This document shows, piece by piece, positions 21,161 through 33,344 of a stretch of 37,713 nucleotides of DNA. A program made the translations under genes and the position numbers. Position 1 is the stretch's first letter. Each line of letters opens with the position of its first letter. Under the pieces are notes generated by a model. The model was given only the letters and a program-made list of their open reading frames with translations. It searched no databases and was not told the DNA's origin. This DNA comes from Nemertoderma westbladi. Lineage: Eukaryota; Animalia; Xenacoelomorpha. The DNA is taken from contig JAUCBJ010000182.1 of assembly GCA_032718475.1 (NCBI GenBank), forward strand, positions 1 through 37,713, written 5' to 3'.

Positions 21161-24032
21161 GATACGACGTCGAACCAGGAGAGGAGGAGGAGATGTCGGC
21201 GAAGAGGACGTCGGGACCAGCGATCGGCTTCGACGGGCCTACAACGCCACCAAGAAACTATTTGAGGGAAGCCAAAGAGGGAGAGAAGGTAAACCAGGGA
21301 AAGTTGAGCCAGCGGCTAGGTGAGTCGAATAAACATTTCAGATATCTAGTCCGTTTCAGGCAGGGAGTATTGGCGAGTGAGAGGGCGAGGGGGGTCGCCA
21401 CCGAACTATTCGAACTGTGACGATCCGGGGTTATGGAGCCTGAAGTGGTGTACGTAGGGCCATAAATACTGGATGCTAGGGGAATTAAGTTAGTGGGTTG
21501 GGCAGATCCGTACGAGGGCGAACCCGAGGTTAACTCCGAGGATTCGGTCTCGTCGGTTAGCGAGAACCCCAGAAAGTGGGGGAAAATTAGTAGGACAGAG
21601 AGGCGACGGGGGTCTGTCGCGACCGATATGTCTGCTACATCCTCTGCGAAAGCAAGAATGGTGTTAGAGATAGATCTGGCGTGTCAATTAGACATGGTGG
21701 CGCTAGACCAGAAAGAATTAGAGAGGCAGTTGGATGAGGGAACTGCGCTGCTAGAGAAAGAGAGGGAGTTGGCGAGGGAGTGTAGAGAGTGGGCCGAGAG
21801 GGTAGCGAGAAATTGTAGAGAGCAAGAAGAGAGAGAGGCGAAGGAACGTAAAGAGCGAGAGACGAGAGTAGAGAGCGAGCGTAGAGAGCGGGTGGCGAGA
21901 GAAACCAGAGCGAACCAGAGTTTGCGAGAGGATAGAGAGAGAGTGAGAGCGGGAAAGCGCATGCGGGATGATATGAATGCCCGGTTGAGGGGGCTTATGC
22001 AGTTTCAGGCCAAACAGAAGCACCGACTGGAACTGGCGCAGTTGGGAATATTCTGAGAGTGAGGCTGGCTCGGGTAGTGTTTACGAGGAGCCAGAGGTTG
22101 ATGGAAACGTTTGTTAATACCCCACTTACAGGGACTGGACGACAGACCCAAGACTGGTGTAACCGTACGGGTGGGGGGGGGGGGGGGGGGGGGGGTAATA
22201 ATAATACGCTAGAAGGCGTTAATATTAATAGTATGGTAGTAGACAACCCTAATCAAACTTTCATTCCAGGAAATAACGGGAATTTGCCCGACAATAATAA
22301 TTTAAATCCGGATATCTCTACTTTAAATGCACAAAATAATTCAAATAATAATCTAAATCAAAATATGGAAAATAATTCAAATATACAAAGTAATTCGAAT
22401 AATTTAAATTTAAATACGCAGAGTAATCTAAATAATAATTTTAATTCAAACGAACAAAATAATCCCGATTCTAATCCAAATATACAAAATAATTTAAATA
22501 ATAATCCGAATTCTACTACTAGGATCGGCATGCTGCATTGCAGCTGCATTTTTAAGAATGCTATGCCGGCTTGTCAACAAAATTGCACCGCCACAACTCC
22601 CTATCACCCATGACATTTGCTAGATCATCCGCATCTTTAAGGCCAGTGTCCTTTAAGATGCGTCTCAAGAAAGTCATGGGCTGTCCGAATTCAGTACAGA
22701 ATAACTCCAATAATTTAAATAATTTTAATAATAATCTTGATAATGGTGCTATTAATATAAACGCGGCAGACGTAGGTGGTTCGACCAGTGGGGCCCTGGA
22801 TCTGGAAGGCCACGTAGTAAATACGCAGGGAGTAGCGGCGGTGAGTCAACCCAACGAGAGTCTGCTAGACCACGCAATGGTACAGGGAGAGGCGGGGGTG
22901 AATAGACCCGGCTGCAGTGGAAATAGTGCGTAGGTTAGGGAGAGGCGTAGAAGCGAAGTAAGAGATAGTCAAGTAATAGGGGTGGCGAGCGGGGGGGGTT
23001 TAGAACAGTGGAGTTTAACCGGGAGGTCGATGAGAGATCTCACGAGCGGGGACGCTACACTGAAAAGAGAAGAAGAGAAGAGAGTAGAAGAAGTGTTGCT
23101 AGGAGCGACCGGAGAGTGAGGACGGATAGCGAGCCATCGGTAGTAGAGATGGAGTTGGAGAGTCAGTGGGATCGAACTCCGGGAGATTGCCATCGCCCCA
23201 GAGAGACGCGGCCTGGCGAGGTGTAGTATACGCCGAGAGGGGGATACAGGACGTACCGGTACGAGGACGAGAACAGGAGAGGGGATCGAAGAGAAACTTC
23301 CCGACGGGATATAGCTGCCAATCGACAGTATGGTAGTCGCGGGGAGGACTTCTTGGACTATTCGAGAAGGTTAAACTTCGGTCCGGAGGGACTCATACAG
23401 ACTGCAGGACATACTGTAGGCCTTACTGCACATACTATAGGCCATGCTGGGAGAGATAGTGTAGGCGATAGGGTAGCGCGGACAACGGGATTAAACCCGG
23501 AAGTCACGGAGTATATACCGGTAGGTAGGCCAGAAGTGGATAGGCCTATATCGGTACCAGCACAGCAGTATGACTATAACATGCAGGGACATAACATATA
23601 CCAAGGGGAGGGGAGAGTTATTGCGGATAGGTGTATGGTATATTAGATATATTAACATCAACCCCAGTACCAAACATACCACCGGTGGGGGGGGGGGGGG
23701 GGGGGGGGCAGGTTGACATTTCCCCATTACAATATCAACAATACACTCAAACAGAAATAAGAACATCGAACCCCCTGGACGAGAACAGGTCTTGCGACAC
23801 GGAAATATGGAGGGGGCCGTTACCCCCAATGGTATATCCGACGCAACGAAAGACAACAGGTCGGACGGGTGGACCGCACCCAATGGGAGAATCTGTACAG
23901 CATCCTTCGAACCCATTGGAAGCACAGGCGATGGGAATTGCTACACTAATCGATGCACTCAAGACCAGAATCGAGCTACCACCCGTAGAGCCATTTAAAT
24001 TCGATGGAATTAGGCCGGAAGAATACCTGCAA
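21161..24032 (+). pseudogene. gag: Degenerate Bel/Pao gag, 5' truncated and cut at 24032 by an LTR
   Basis: E/R coiled coil (21493-22056), Asn-rich tract, then IELPPVEPFKFDGIRPEEYLQ, matching the start of the gag at 33399. Ends exactly at the LTR TGTGAC. Confidence 0.8.
22514..22683 (-). mobile_element. 170-bp 5'-truncated RTE copy inserted in gag
   Basis: Matches 15611-15783. TSD TCCGAATTC at 22505-22513 and 22684-22692. Confidence 0.95.
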
Positions 24033-24594
24033 TGTGACGGGATCTATGAAGGATCCCGGTTTATCCGGTTTTCAATCTACGCGTCCCCGCCGTGTGTGAA
24101 AGGTAAAGAGAGTTATTGATCGCTGTTTATAGTCTTCTGGGTATAATAGTATAGATATGATATAAGATATATAAATGATGACACAAGGTATAAGATATGA
24201 TATTGGATACACGGATGGTATACGAAGACGGTAATTGAAGTTCCGGTACTACCCTAGCTAAGCTGACTTACTATAAGTGAATGAAATGATTACTGTACTG
24301 ATAATATATATTGCACGGTTGGCCAAGTTACGTTACTCAGCCGATGCCTTCCCCCCATTGGCTAATAACCCTGTTGTCGCCCTTTGCCTCCCCTGAAGTG
24401 CTTCCCTTCGCCTCTGCTATTCTCTCTCTTTCAGGGGTGTAACCCCTGACCCTTATTGTGCGTGTGTGTGTGCATTCTCTCCTTCCCACTTTGTTGGGTG
24501 ACATGAGGTTGATATTGGTAATCAACCTCGTGTTCCCAATATTGCTTAACGGCTCACTTTATGGGGTAGGTTAGCGGAATTGGAAAAGCTAACA
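24033..24594 (-). mobile_element. 3' LTR (562 bp)
   Basis: TGTGACGG...GCTAACA termini, homologous to 807-1414, directly abutting the PPT. Confidence 0.92.
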
Positions 24595-24603
24595 CTCCCC
24601 CCC
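24595..24603 (-). promoter_or_regulatory. Polypurine tract
   Basis: Minus strand GGGGGGGAG immediately precedes the LTR TGTTAGC. Confidence 0.85.
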
Positions 24604-25303
24604 ATGCTATCTTCCCGGTGAGAAGATAGCATCCACCTCTAGTGTGCTACAATTCCGCTGGATCCCGATCTAGTATCGGGTGTGGGGTGGAACTATTTTT
24701 TTTTTTTCCTTCGGAGCCGGCTTTCCAGGCCGCTCCCTATGGGTATGATAATGCTACCCCGTTTGGCTGGCGTCCCGTGTCGGGCCGATCGTGCGCTCCT
24801 CCCACATGACTTTTGTTTCCCAAATCACTTTCGCCACTCCAACTCTACTCTACTCTCACCCCAACTCTTACACTCTCTCGAACCTCCTCGTCCCTCAATC
24901 TGCCTCTTACTTCTCCCCCCCCCCCACACGTGAATTGTGCTCGCACTCTCTCTATACCCCGCACTCTCTCCGCACTACAACTCAACCTCTATCCTGACCA
25001 CTCACTCCCGACGAGTTTCACCCCTCCCTTTTGTGACGTCGCACTCAAGAAGCGTGATGTCGTCCAATATCTCGTCCGTGGTAGTATTATAGTCCATTGG
25101 TCCCCAGTCCCAGTAGCTAATTGAGAAAGGTTATATGACTATAGTACTTACTTCGAATATATATATTTTTTTTATTACTAGATTACTGATTGTTACGTAC
25201 GTACATACAAATTGCACTTATTCGATTATTTACATTATTTGAATTTGTATTTAAGAGTTCGCACGTCTCGCGTGGTGCCTTCCAGGCATGTTACACCGAA
25301 GTC

Positions 25304-26823
25304 TTAGTTCGTTCCACCAGCCTTTGGGAACCACCTCAAGTCTTTCCTTTTGTCGTCCTCCTCCCTGGGTCGTTTCCTGGTCACTGCCGCTCCTCTGGTC
25401 TTGTCTGCTTTCTGGCTTCGGACTCTCGCCGCCACCTCCTTACTGATCCCGGTTGTTGACTCCTTGGGTGCCGGTGTTATTAGCTCCCGGTATCGCTTCG
25501 TGGGTGGCCCCTCCGAGTGGCCCTGTTGTCTCCCCCTGGTGGCGTCCCATAAGATCATCTTCATTGCCCGTGGCACATGCTCCGCCAAGAAATCCCTAAA
25601 CTCTCCTCTGCTCTGTGGCGTCCACCTATCCAAATACCTCTGCGTATTTATCACCCCGGCATATGATGCCGCCGTCGCCACTTCCTGGTAGGTAAACGGA
25701 AGCCTCCGTTTGATAATCTCCATGTCTCCATGTTAAAGAAGCCCCACTGGAACTCCTGGGCCTTCATACGCTGCCGAGTCATCGCCCCGACGTCGGCCCA
25801 TTCCTCGAAGACCCTAAACTTCTCTTCGTCGTCCATCCAGTCGCACTGGCGTCCGTAATGTCCCCGAAAGTTACATTTCGAACATCGGTTATGCAACCGT
25901 GGACACGCCCCCATCCTGTGGCTCGACTCGCGGCAATTGAGACAATAAGTCCCTTTCTGGAACCGGTACAAACAGCTCCTTTCCTGGTGGGTCTGTCTCC
26001 CACAGTAGTCGCAACCGAGTACCAATGTCTCCCGCCCCACATTGTCCTTCGTCCCAAGCGATCTCCGCGGTCTGTGGAGTCGCTGGTAAGCGAACTTCCG
26101 GACGTTAGTGTCCCGATCTACGTCGATCTCCGTGCCCCTTTCGGGCATTGTCTCCCCGAATACTACTCGTGGTGCCGTCCCCGGTTGCTCGCCCAACCTG
26201 ATAGTGCTCCCCGCGAAATCCATCGCCGGCTCCTCGTGCACCCAGGCCCGCTTGCCGGGTCTATCCCAGAAGGCCCTCGCCCCACTGGCCGTCACCACCC
26301 TCCCGCCAACCCAGTCCGTGTCCGAGTGGCCGATCCTCCCGATGGGCGGCATCTCTCCGAACTCGTCGTCGTCTTCGTCCTCCTCTGGCAGTGGCTCCAA
26401 CCCCGGTATCCCGGTGGATCCGCTATGTCCCTTCCCGCCTTGGCTCTCGCCCGTAGCTCTCCATCCCTCTAGCTCCCCTAGCTTCCTTAGCGGCTGGTCG
26501 CCCTCGCCGCCCGCTGGTATGGGCGTCGCTTGCAATCCCGACGTCGACTGTTTCGGTGATCCCACCGTCCATCCTAGTTCTCGCCCTAGAGACTCCCCCG
26601 AACTCCCTGATGAAGTCCAACGAAGTTCGTCTAGGCCCGCCTGTTCCTCGAAGCCGTAGCTCTGCGCCCTAGCTTCCTCCTCCCTTTCCTCTGCTTCTCT
26701 CCTCTCCCGTCTAGCGACTTCTTCCAGTCGCTTCGCCTCTCGTCTATCCGTCTCTAGTTGCTCCCATCTCTGATACGGCGTATCTATCTCCCCGTCTACC
26801 AGATGTCGGCTGTTGTAGTACAC
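25304..26823 (-). pseudogene. Extra ORF, C-terminal part: acidic/coiled linker, three CCHC zinc knuckles, unknown C-terminal domain
   Basis: CDYCGRQTHQERSC, CLNCRESSHRMGAC and CSKCNFRGHYGRQC (each CX2CX4HX4C) at 25843-26013. Joins ORF 25304-25723 once the 8-bp duplication at 25718-25733 is removed. Confidence 0.75.
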
Positions 26824-27886
26824 CGACCTCGCCCTTCAGCCCCGGGTGGTCTACCAGACCATCAAAAGCCGTCTTAAAGGCTCTTCTGTAGCTTAGGGGT
26901 GATCCCGATAATAGGAATGCCGTTGGTTCCCTCTCGATAACCACGGTCATGAATAGGTTAAGCAAACCTATCATTATCCAGTCCTCCTGTAGGATATATC
27001 GCTTCTGATATACCTTTATAGCTCCTCTTCGGAATTGATACACCTCTTGTTTTCCCGGCCTCGCTCCCCACTTCAGCGAGTTCGCTAATTCTGCTCCGTA
27101 CTCTTCCCTAAACTTCCCCCAGTCCATTGGTTTGTGACATACGAGCCCCAATAGCTGGCCCATCGCCACCGCTCCGCAATGGCCTGTGTTCTCGACTAGT
27201 CCCAACCCGTCTGGTGCTGTCATAGCCATGAAGACCGTCTGCATATCCAGGAGGTTGGGGGTGTCCGGACCGATGATTCTCTCCGCGTCATCGCGAATCG
27301 CCGATCCCACTTTCGTTGTCGACTTCTCTCTCACTAGGACTTGCACCGCCCTCGGCAGCCGGTCCAACTTCGGCCCATCCTTCTTCCCATACGTTCCCAG
27401 GTCAAATAGGAAAATATCCCCATTTGGCGCGGCCAAATGTAGGAGTATGGTTCTGGCCGATCCCGCCGATCCTCTCCTTGAACCCTCCTCGTCTTCCACG
27501 GTCCCTTCGTCGTCTAGGATCATGTATCCTCCCCTGTTGACGGACTCTATGAACCTTTTCCAATCTTTCCTCGGCGACTCCCTCGCGTACGTCGGAATCC
27601 CGAACTTCGCCTCGACTCCTTTCACCACGTAATGGAAATGCTCGAAGATCGCGTTGTCCAGCGACGGCGTCCCGTAGGTCCCGACCAGCCGCTGTTCGTG
27701 CACCTCCCTGAAGTGGTCCTGTAGCGCTCGTGCTGCATGACCCTTTTCTAACCGCTCGTAGTATCCCCTCGTCCTTTCTTCCGGATGCCTCTTGGTGAAA
27801 TCCACCAGTATCTCCTTTCCTCCTAGCTCCGCATTTCTCTTTCGCACAAGTTTGCTTGCCATCTCGAACTCTCCCCGATCGCTCAC
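26744..27886 (-). CDS. Extra ORF, N-terminal part: DnaQ-like DEDD(y) 3'-5' exonuclease domain (WRN-exo/EXD/RNase D-like)
   Basis: ExoI YMILDDEG; LLHLAAPNGDIFLFDL strand; LPRAVQVLV...TKVGSAIRDD (ExoII); NLLDMQ; QKRYILQED (ExoIII-like). Order and spacing match the DNA_pol_A_exo1 family. Recognised by eye only. Confidence 0.7.
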   Translation of the reverse strand: MSDRGEFEMASKLVRKRNAELGGKEILVDFTKRHPEERTRGYYERLEKGHAARALQDHFREVHEQRLVGTYGTPSLDNAIFEHFHYVVKGVEAKFGIPTYARESPRKDWKRFIESVNRGGYMILDDEGTVEDEEGSRRGSAGSARTILLHLAAPNGDIFLFDLGTYGKKDGPKLDRLPRAVQVLVREKSTTKVGSAIRDDAERIIGPDTPNLLDMQTVFMAMTAPDGLGLVENTGHCGAVAMGQLLGLVCHKPMDWGKFREEYGAELANSLKWGARPGKQEVYQFRRGAIKVYQKRYILQEDWIMIGLLNLFMTVVIEREPTAFLLSGSPLSYRRAFKTAFDGLVDHPGLKGEVGVLQQPTSGRRGDRYAVSEMGATRDG

Positions 27887-28354
27887 CCTTTGGGTGGTGC
27901 CTTACCAAGGCGCTATAGGATGAGTGATAGGTTTAGATGGTTTATTTCAGTTCGATGGCCTATCTCTCTCTGAATTTCTGAGTTATTGCCTATTCTTTAC
28001 ACTACTTAATTATGAAGCTACTAAATGTACCCTAAATCACAATTTTGTCCGTTACTTTAATTATATTCCAGAATTTCCTTTCCTACTGTTACCATAATTT
28101 TGCTAATTTTTTAGCCCTATTCTTATTTTATTTTAATTTAATTTTAATTCTACTGTCCTACTACATACTATTGCCTATGGATTATTCCATTTTATAATCC
28201 ACATTCTGGCCTACTCTGTGGGACCTGTGCAGTACAACAGAATGCGTCGCGTGGCCACACGATTTGTCCAGCTGTACTCATATGCCCCCCTCTCGCTACT
28301 CACTACTGACTAATATCTCTATACTATATATACCCCTCCACCTCTATCTCTTAC

Positions 28355-29015
28355 TAACTAGTACTACGTACTTTCTTACTAACTTCTAACTCTCTCTAAC
28401 TAACTAACGGTACTACGTACCCTCTAACTCTTACTCTCTCTAACTAACGGTACTACGTTCCCTCTAACTCTTACTCTCTCTAACTAACGGTACTACGTAC
28501 CCTCTTACTAACCTCTAACTCCACTAACTAACTAACGGTACTACGTACCCTCTTACTAACCTCTAACTCCACTAACTAACTAATGGTACTACGTACCCTC
28601 TTACTAACCTCTAACTCCACTAACTAACTAACGGTACTACGTACCCTCTTACTAACCTCTAACTCCACTAACTAACTAAGGTACTACGTACCCTCTTACT
28701 AACCTCTAACTCCACTAACTAACTAACGGTACTACGTACCCTCTTACTAACCTCTAACTCCACTAACTAACTAACGGTACTACGTACCCTCTTACTAACC
28801 CTCTAACTCCACTAACTAACTAACGGTACTACGTACCCTCTTACTAACCTCTAACTCCACTAACTAACTAACGGTACTACGTACCCTCTTACTAACCTCT
28901 CTAACTCAACTAACTAACTAACGGTACTACGTACCCTCTTACTAACCTCTAACTCAACTAACTAACTAACGGTACTACGTACCCTCTTACTAACTCCTCT
29001 AACACTCCTAACTAA
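28355..29015. repeat. 48-bp tandem repeat (~10 full units plus a few ~40-bp units) inside the retrotransposon
   Basis: Unit ctaactaactaacggtactacgtaccctcttactaacctctaactcca. ggtac recurs at 28537, 28585, 28633 and onward. Confidence 0.95.
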
Positions 29016-29167
29016 CTTCTATCTGCCTACTTACTGCGTACCTAGTTATTATTATTTATATTTATTTTTTTTTATTTTATTTTTATGTGTGGGAAGGGCG
29101 TCTCGCCCTCAATCCCACCCCCCTCAGTCCAAAACTTTGGACGACTAAACTCCTCTCTTACTCTACA

Positions 29168-32100
29168 CTAAGGTGCTCCCTCTAGAAGACAGCACTTCCC
29201 TACAGCCCTTCTGTAGGTTTTCCTGTCTTTCGCACCTATCTTGCCACCTATCCGCACTTCTACCGATCGGACTCTTCCGTCCTCATCGGAGTAAGTGCCT
29301 ACAACTCTCGCCAACCGCCACTGGTTGTTGATGATGGTATCATCCGTGACGATCACGAGATCACCCTCTTTCAGCTCTCTGTTCGTCTTCCTCCACTTAC
29401 TTCTTCTGTGAAGCGTGGGTAGGTATTCCTCAACCCATCTCCTCCAATACTCTGCGCTTATCGCCTTAGCGACTTTCCAACTCTGGCGGGAGTGTATGTC
29501 ATCTGGGTCTACACCCCGCATATCGATGGTCGCTGGTCTTTCCATTAGGAAATGGCTGGGCGTCAGCACGTCTAGTGACTCAGGGTCATCATTCTCTGGA
29601 TATAGCGGTCTGCTATTAATGATACCCTCGCACTTCGCAAGTACTGTCCTTAGCACGTCCTCCGTAACCATATGGGTGTTCATCAACTTCGTCATCAGAC
29701 GCTTCGAACTACCCACTAGTCTCTCGACGCATCCTAGGGTATGCGGTGCATACGGCGTCCTCCTCTCCCACTTTACTTGTCGTCGCCTCATGGCTGCCCT
29801 GACTTCCTCTCCTTCCAGGATATCCAAGGCCTCTGCCATCTCGTTCTCCGCCCCCACAAAGTTGGTCCCGTTGTCGGAGTATATTACTGCGATCGTCCCA
29901 CCTTTGCGGTCTCTAAACCTCTCTAAGGCATTAATGAATGCCGATGCGGTTGCATCTTGGGCGAGTTCTATCCCTACCGCCCGCGTGTTATTACATACGA
30001 AGATAATACCGTAGCGTTTCTCCGTGTGCCGCATCACCTTGATCTTTATCGGCCCGAACATGTCCACACCGCAATGTGTAAATGGCGGGTCGTGCTGTCT
30101 TACCCTACTTGCCGGTAGTGGTGCCATCTCCTGTATGGCTCGCTCCTTCTTCGCTCGTCGGCAGGTCTGGCACTGCCCCACTACCGCCTTTACCTTCTTC
30201 CTCAACTGTTTGACCCAAAAGGTCCTCCTTATCTCCGTGAGGGTTCGGTTGGTGCCCCCGTGCAATATCGACTTGTGGGAGTCCCAAATAATCTGGTGGA
30301 CTATCGGCGATCCTGTGGGGATGATGATGGGCTTCGGTGGTACGACGATACTGTTGTTGTATCCCACCCTAGAGTTCATTACTAGGATCCCGTCGTCATT
30401 AAGTTGTGGTGACAGCGTGATCAGCTCGCTGTCCCGCCGGAGATGCTGTTGTTTACCGACGCGTTCCACCTCGTCGCCGTAGTTCTTCCTCTGCTCGTAG
30501 CGGATGACTGCTTTGGCCGCTCCTTCCAGATCTATTGTCATTCTAATCTTCACGTCTTTGCCAACTCCCCTGAGGAAATTCCCGAAGGCTCTCCAGTACG
30601 CCACTAATTTCTTGGTCTTGTACCAACTAGAACTGTAGCTAAGGAGTTTATCCGTCGGGTTATCGCACAGTTCTCCTGTTTTGGTTGCACGTCCCTAATC
30701 TCCCTCACCATCTGGGAGTATATCTCTTCTCCCTCTGAATCTCCCTCTTCTCCTTCTAACACTACTTCTCCTGAGCCCGGGTCCACCTTTCTCATCGGCG
30801 GCCAGGCCTCCCTATCGCTCAGAAACTGTGGCCCGTGTTGCCACAATACTTCCTTCTTCAAGAAAGTGTGGCGTACCACGCCCCTCGATAACAAGTCCGC
30901 TGGGTTCTCGTCCGTTGGGCAGTAGTGCCACCTTTCCAGTTCTGTGGTCGCCCTTATTTCGTCCACTCTATTCGCGACGAATATAGGGTATCTCGTCCTT
31001 TCGTTATGTAGCCAACCAAGCACTACCATGGAATCCGTCCAGTAGTGTGTTTCCACTATGTTGGGAATAGCATCCATTAGGTAGGCTGTAGCCCTAACTC
31101 CTAGTCTCGCAGCTGTCAATTCTAGTTTGGGAACTGATGCTGAATCTGGTGGCGTTGACTTCGCTTTGCTGAAGGCCAGTCTGGGCTTGTGAGCCCCCTC
31201 TCGTTGTACTAAATAGAGTGCCGCTCCGTATGCCTCTAACGACGCATCGGAGAACATGTGTAAGTCCAGATTCGTCATGTCCCCATCCGGGAAATACACT
31301 CTTGGCATGCTGTATGTTCCCATCTGCTCCAGGCTCTCTGTCCACTTATGCCACTGCTTTCTGATCTCTTCCGGGACCTCTGCGTCCCACTCATCCTTTA
31401 GCTTGTATACTTTCTTGAGTATCTGTTTCCCCGTGACTAGCAGTGGGGATGCTAGGCCTAGGGGATCGTATATTCTTGCTATGTATGACACATAGCCCCT
31501 CTTTGTGTGGATATCTGCGCCCTCCTGACTCAACTGGTACTCCAGTTCATCCGTCTCTCTGTTCCACACGATTCCCAGCGCCTTCTGTTGAGACTCTATT
31601 CTCTTGTTCGCCATGTCCTGCCCCTTGGCTGTTGTGGGATTATCCATGGTCGATCCTGGTCTCTCATCTTTTATCGCCTCGATAAATTCCTTCGAACTGG
31701 ATTGAAATTTGGTCAGGTTGAAGCCGGATCCTCTAAGGATGTCGCGAACCTCGCGCCCTGTGTCCAGTAGCTCCTCAACCGTATTTCCAGACTCCATCCC
31801 GTTGTCTACGTAGAAGCCGCATCAAATCATATCGACGGCTCTAGTGCTGTACTTATCTTCCTTTCCCTCTGCTGTGTCTCTTACGGCCATAGTCGTCGTG
31901 AAAGAAGACAACTTGGCTCCCATATTCTGTACTATCATCTTGTACATCGGTATTGTCGACGGTTCCACGTTGCCGTCATACCATAGGAAGCGTTGACTGT
32001 CGCTATCCTCTTCCGTCACACGGACTTGGTTGAACATGCCTTCTATGTCACAGGTGAAGGCGTGTTTTCCATTCCTGAATCTGAGTAGGACCTCTATCCC

Positions 32101-32320
32101 TGAGTTGTACATGTTGGGACCTTCTAGCAGATAGTCGTTTAGGCATTTCCCGTCGGTCTTTGCCGATGCGTCCACTACCATCTGCAGTTTACCTTTCTTT
32201 GGATCTAAAGCCACGTGGAGTGGTAAGTAATATGTCCTGTCTGTGTTCGGCTCGTCGACCGGTAACTCCACGGCCCATCCTTTCTCGACGTACTTTTTAA
32301 TTGTCTTATGAATGTACTCA
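29168..32320 (-). pseudogene. pol: Bel/Pao pol: RT, RNase H, integrase (one stop at 31822, one frameshift at ~30604-30660)
   Basis: YYLPLH, VVDASA, CLNDYLLEGP, DIEGMFNQV, FYVDN, IYDPLG, HMFSDAS, PKLELTAA, WTDS, NPADLLSRG. Integrase H-x3-H...C-x2-C, GVDMFGP, SDNGTNF, GCVERLV, INSRPL, LTPSHFL, WVEEYL. Confidence 0.95.
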
Positions 32321-33344
32321 TTCTCAGAATTCTATTCATTCCCAGAAATACATCCTAAATTTTTTGTGTTTCTATAGCGATTATTCTATTGTACCTTTCT
32401 AATATTCCATTATGCTCTAGTCTAACCCACCCAGTCAAGGGAAACGTGTTTTTTTTTTTACTTAAATTTAGTGTAGTTTACCGTAGTGTATTAGTACTGT
32501 TAGTGTATTATCTTCTAAACCTAAGTATAACTAAATATTTCTTATTCGATGGTGTTTAGTTTATCTTTCTATCACCAATAATTGTACATCATTATCATCT
32601 CATTACTTAAAAGCTATGTTTCTCTTAATAATAATTTAACCGGTAACGTTTCATATAATATACTAAGAATATATAACTCATTGAAATGCAGACCTAATGG
32701 CTAACAGTCACTAGCTCACCTCAGTTTTCTTCTTGTGATCCTAGAAACATTGTAACATTCATTCACTAACAATCATCTGTTTAATTTAATTACCCCCCCC
32801 CCCCCCCCCCACCCATCAACCTCCCTTGATGGCAACCCGCACAATCTCCCAGTCCTGTAACTTTTGTTTCACCGCATTCAGCCCTTTCGAATTGAAATTT
32901 TCCTGTAACATTTGTCGCAATATTTACCACATCCCTGGCGGTTCGTACCTGAAAGAAGACAATATTTTAAGCGATAAGCTTATGGTCAGGTACGGTAATT
33001 CAATATTGCAATAGAATTAACTCAAAATTTGTTGAATGTGGTGTAAATTGTCTTCGGCTACTTGTATTCTTACTCGCTCCACCCCCCCCCCCCCCCTTCC
33101 CCCCCACCACCCACCCCACACTCGCCCAATCCTCCCTTCGATATCCCCCCTGGTCCTCTAGCTGCTTCAGCTGGACTATACTAGCTTTTGCTATTGCTCG
33201 GCTGTAGTAGCGCACTCTGCTACCATTATTAATTATAATTGTATTAAATAGGAATAAAAAAAAATTGTGTAGTATGTGCAATTCGAGGTACCAGGAGAAA
33301 TAAATAAAGAAAGAAAAAAAAAAATAAATAAATAAATAGAAAAT

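Larger units (their letters stand above)
24033..32320 (-). mobile_element. Bel/Pao LTR retrotransposon, 3' two-thirds: RT-RNaseH-IN, tandem-repeat spacer, extra ORF, PPT, 3' LTR
   Basis: Collinear minus-strand order of pol, extra ORF, polypurine tract and LTR. Truncated upstream of RT at ~32320. Confidence 0.9.

Noticed and set aside
22171-23708. Poly-G tracts as programmed frameshift or poly-Gly signals in gag
   Set aside because: Homopolymer lengths are unreliable in assemblies, and the gag copy has other stops.
28355-29015. CRISPR-like appearance (palindromic repeated unit)
   Set aside because: Units are head-to-tail with no unique spacers, there are no cas genes, and the context is eukaryotic.
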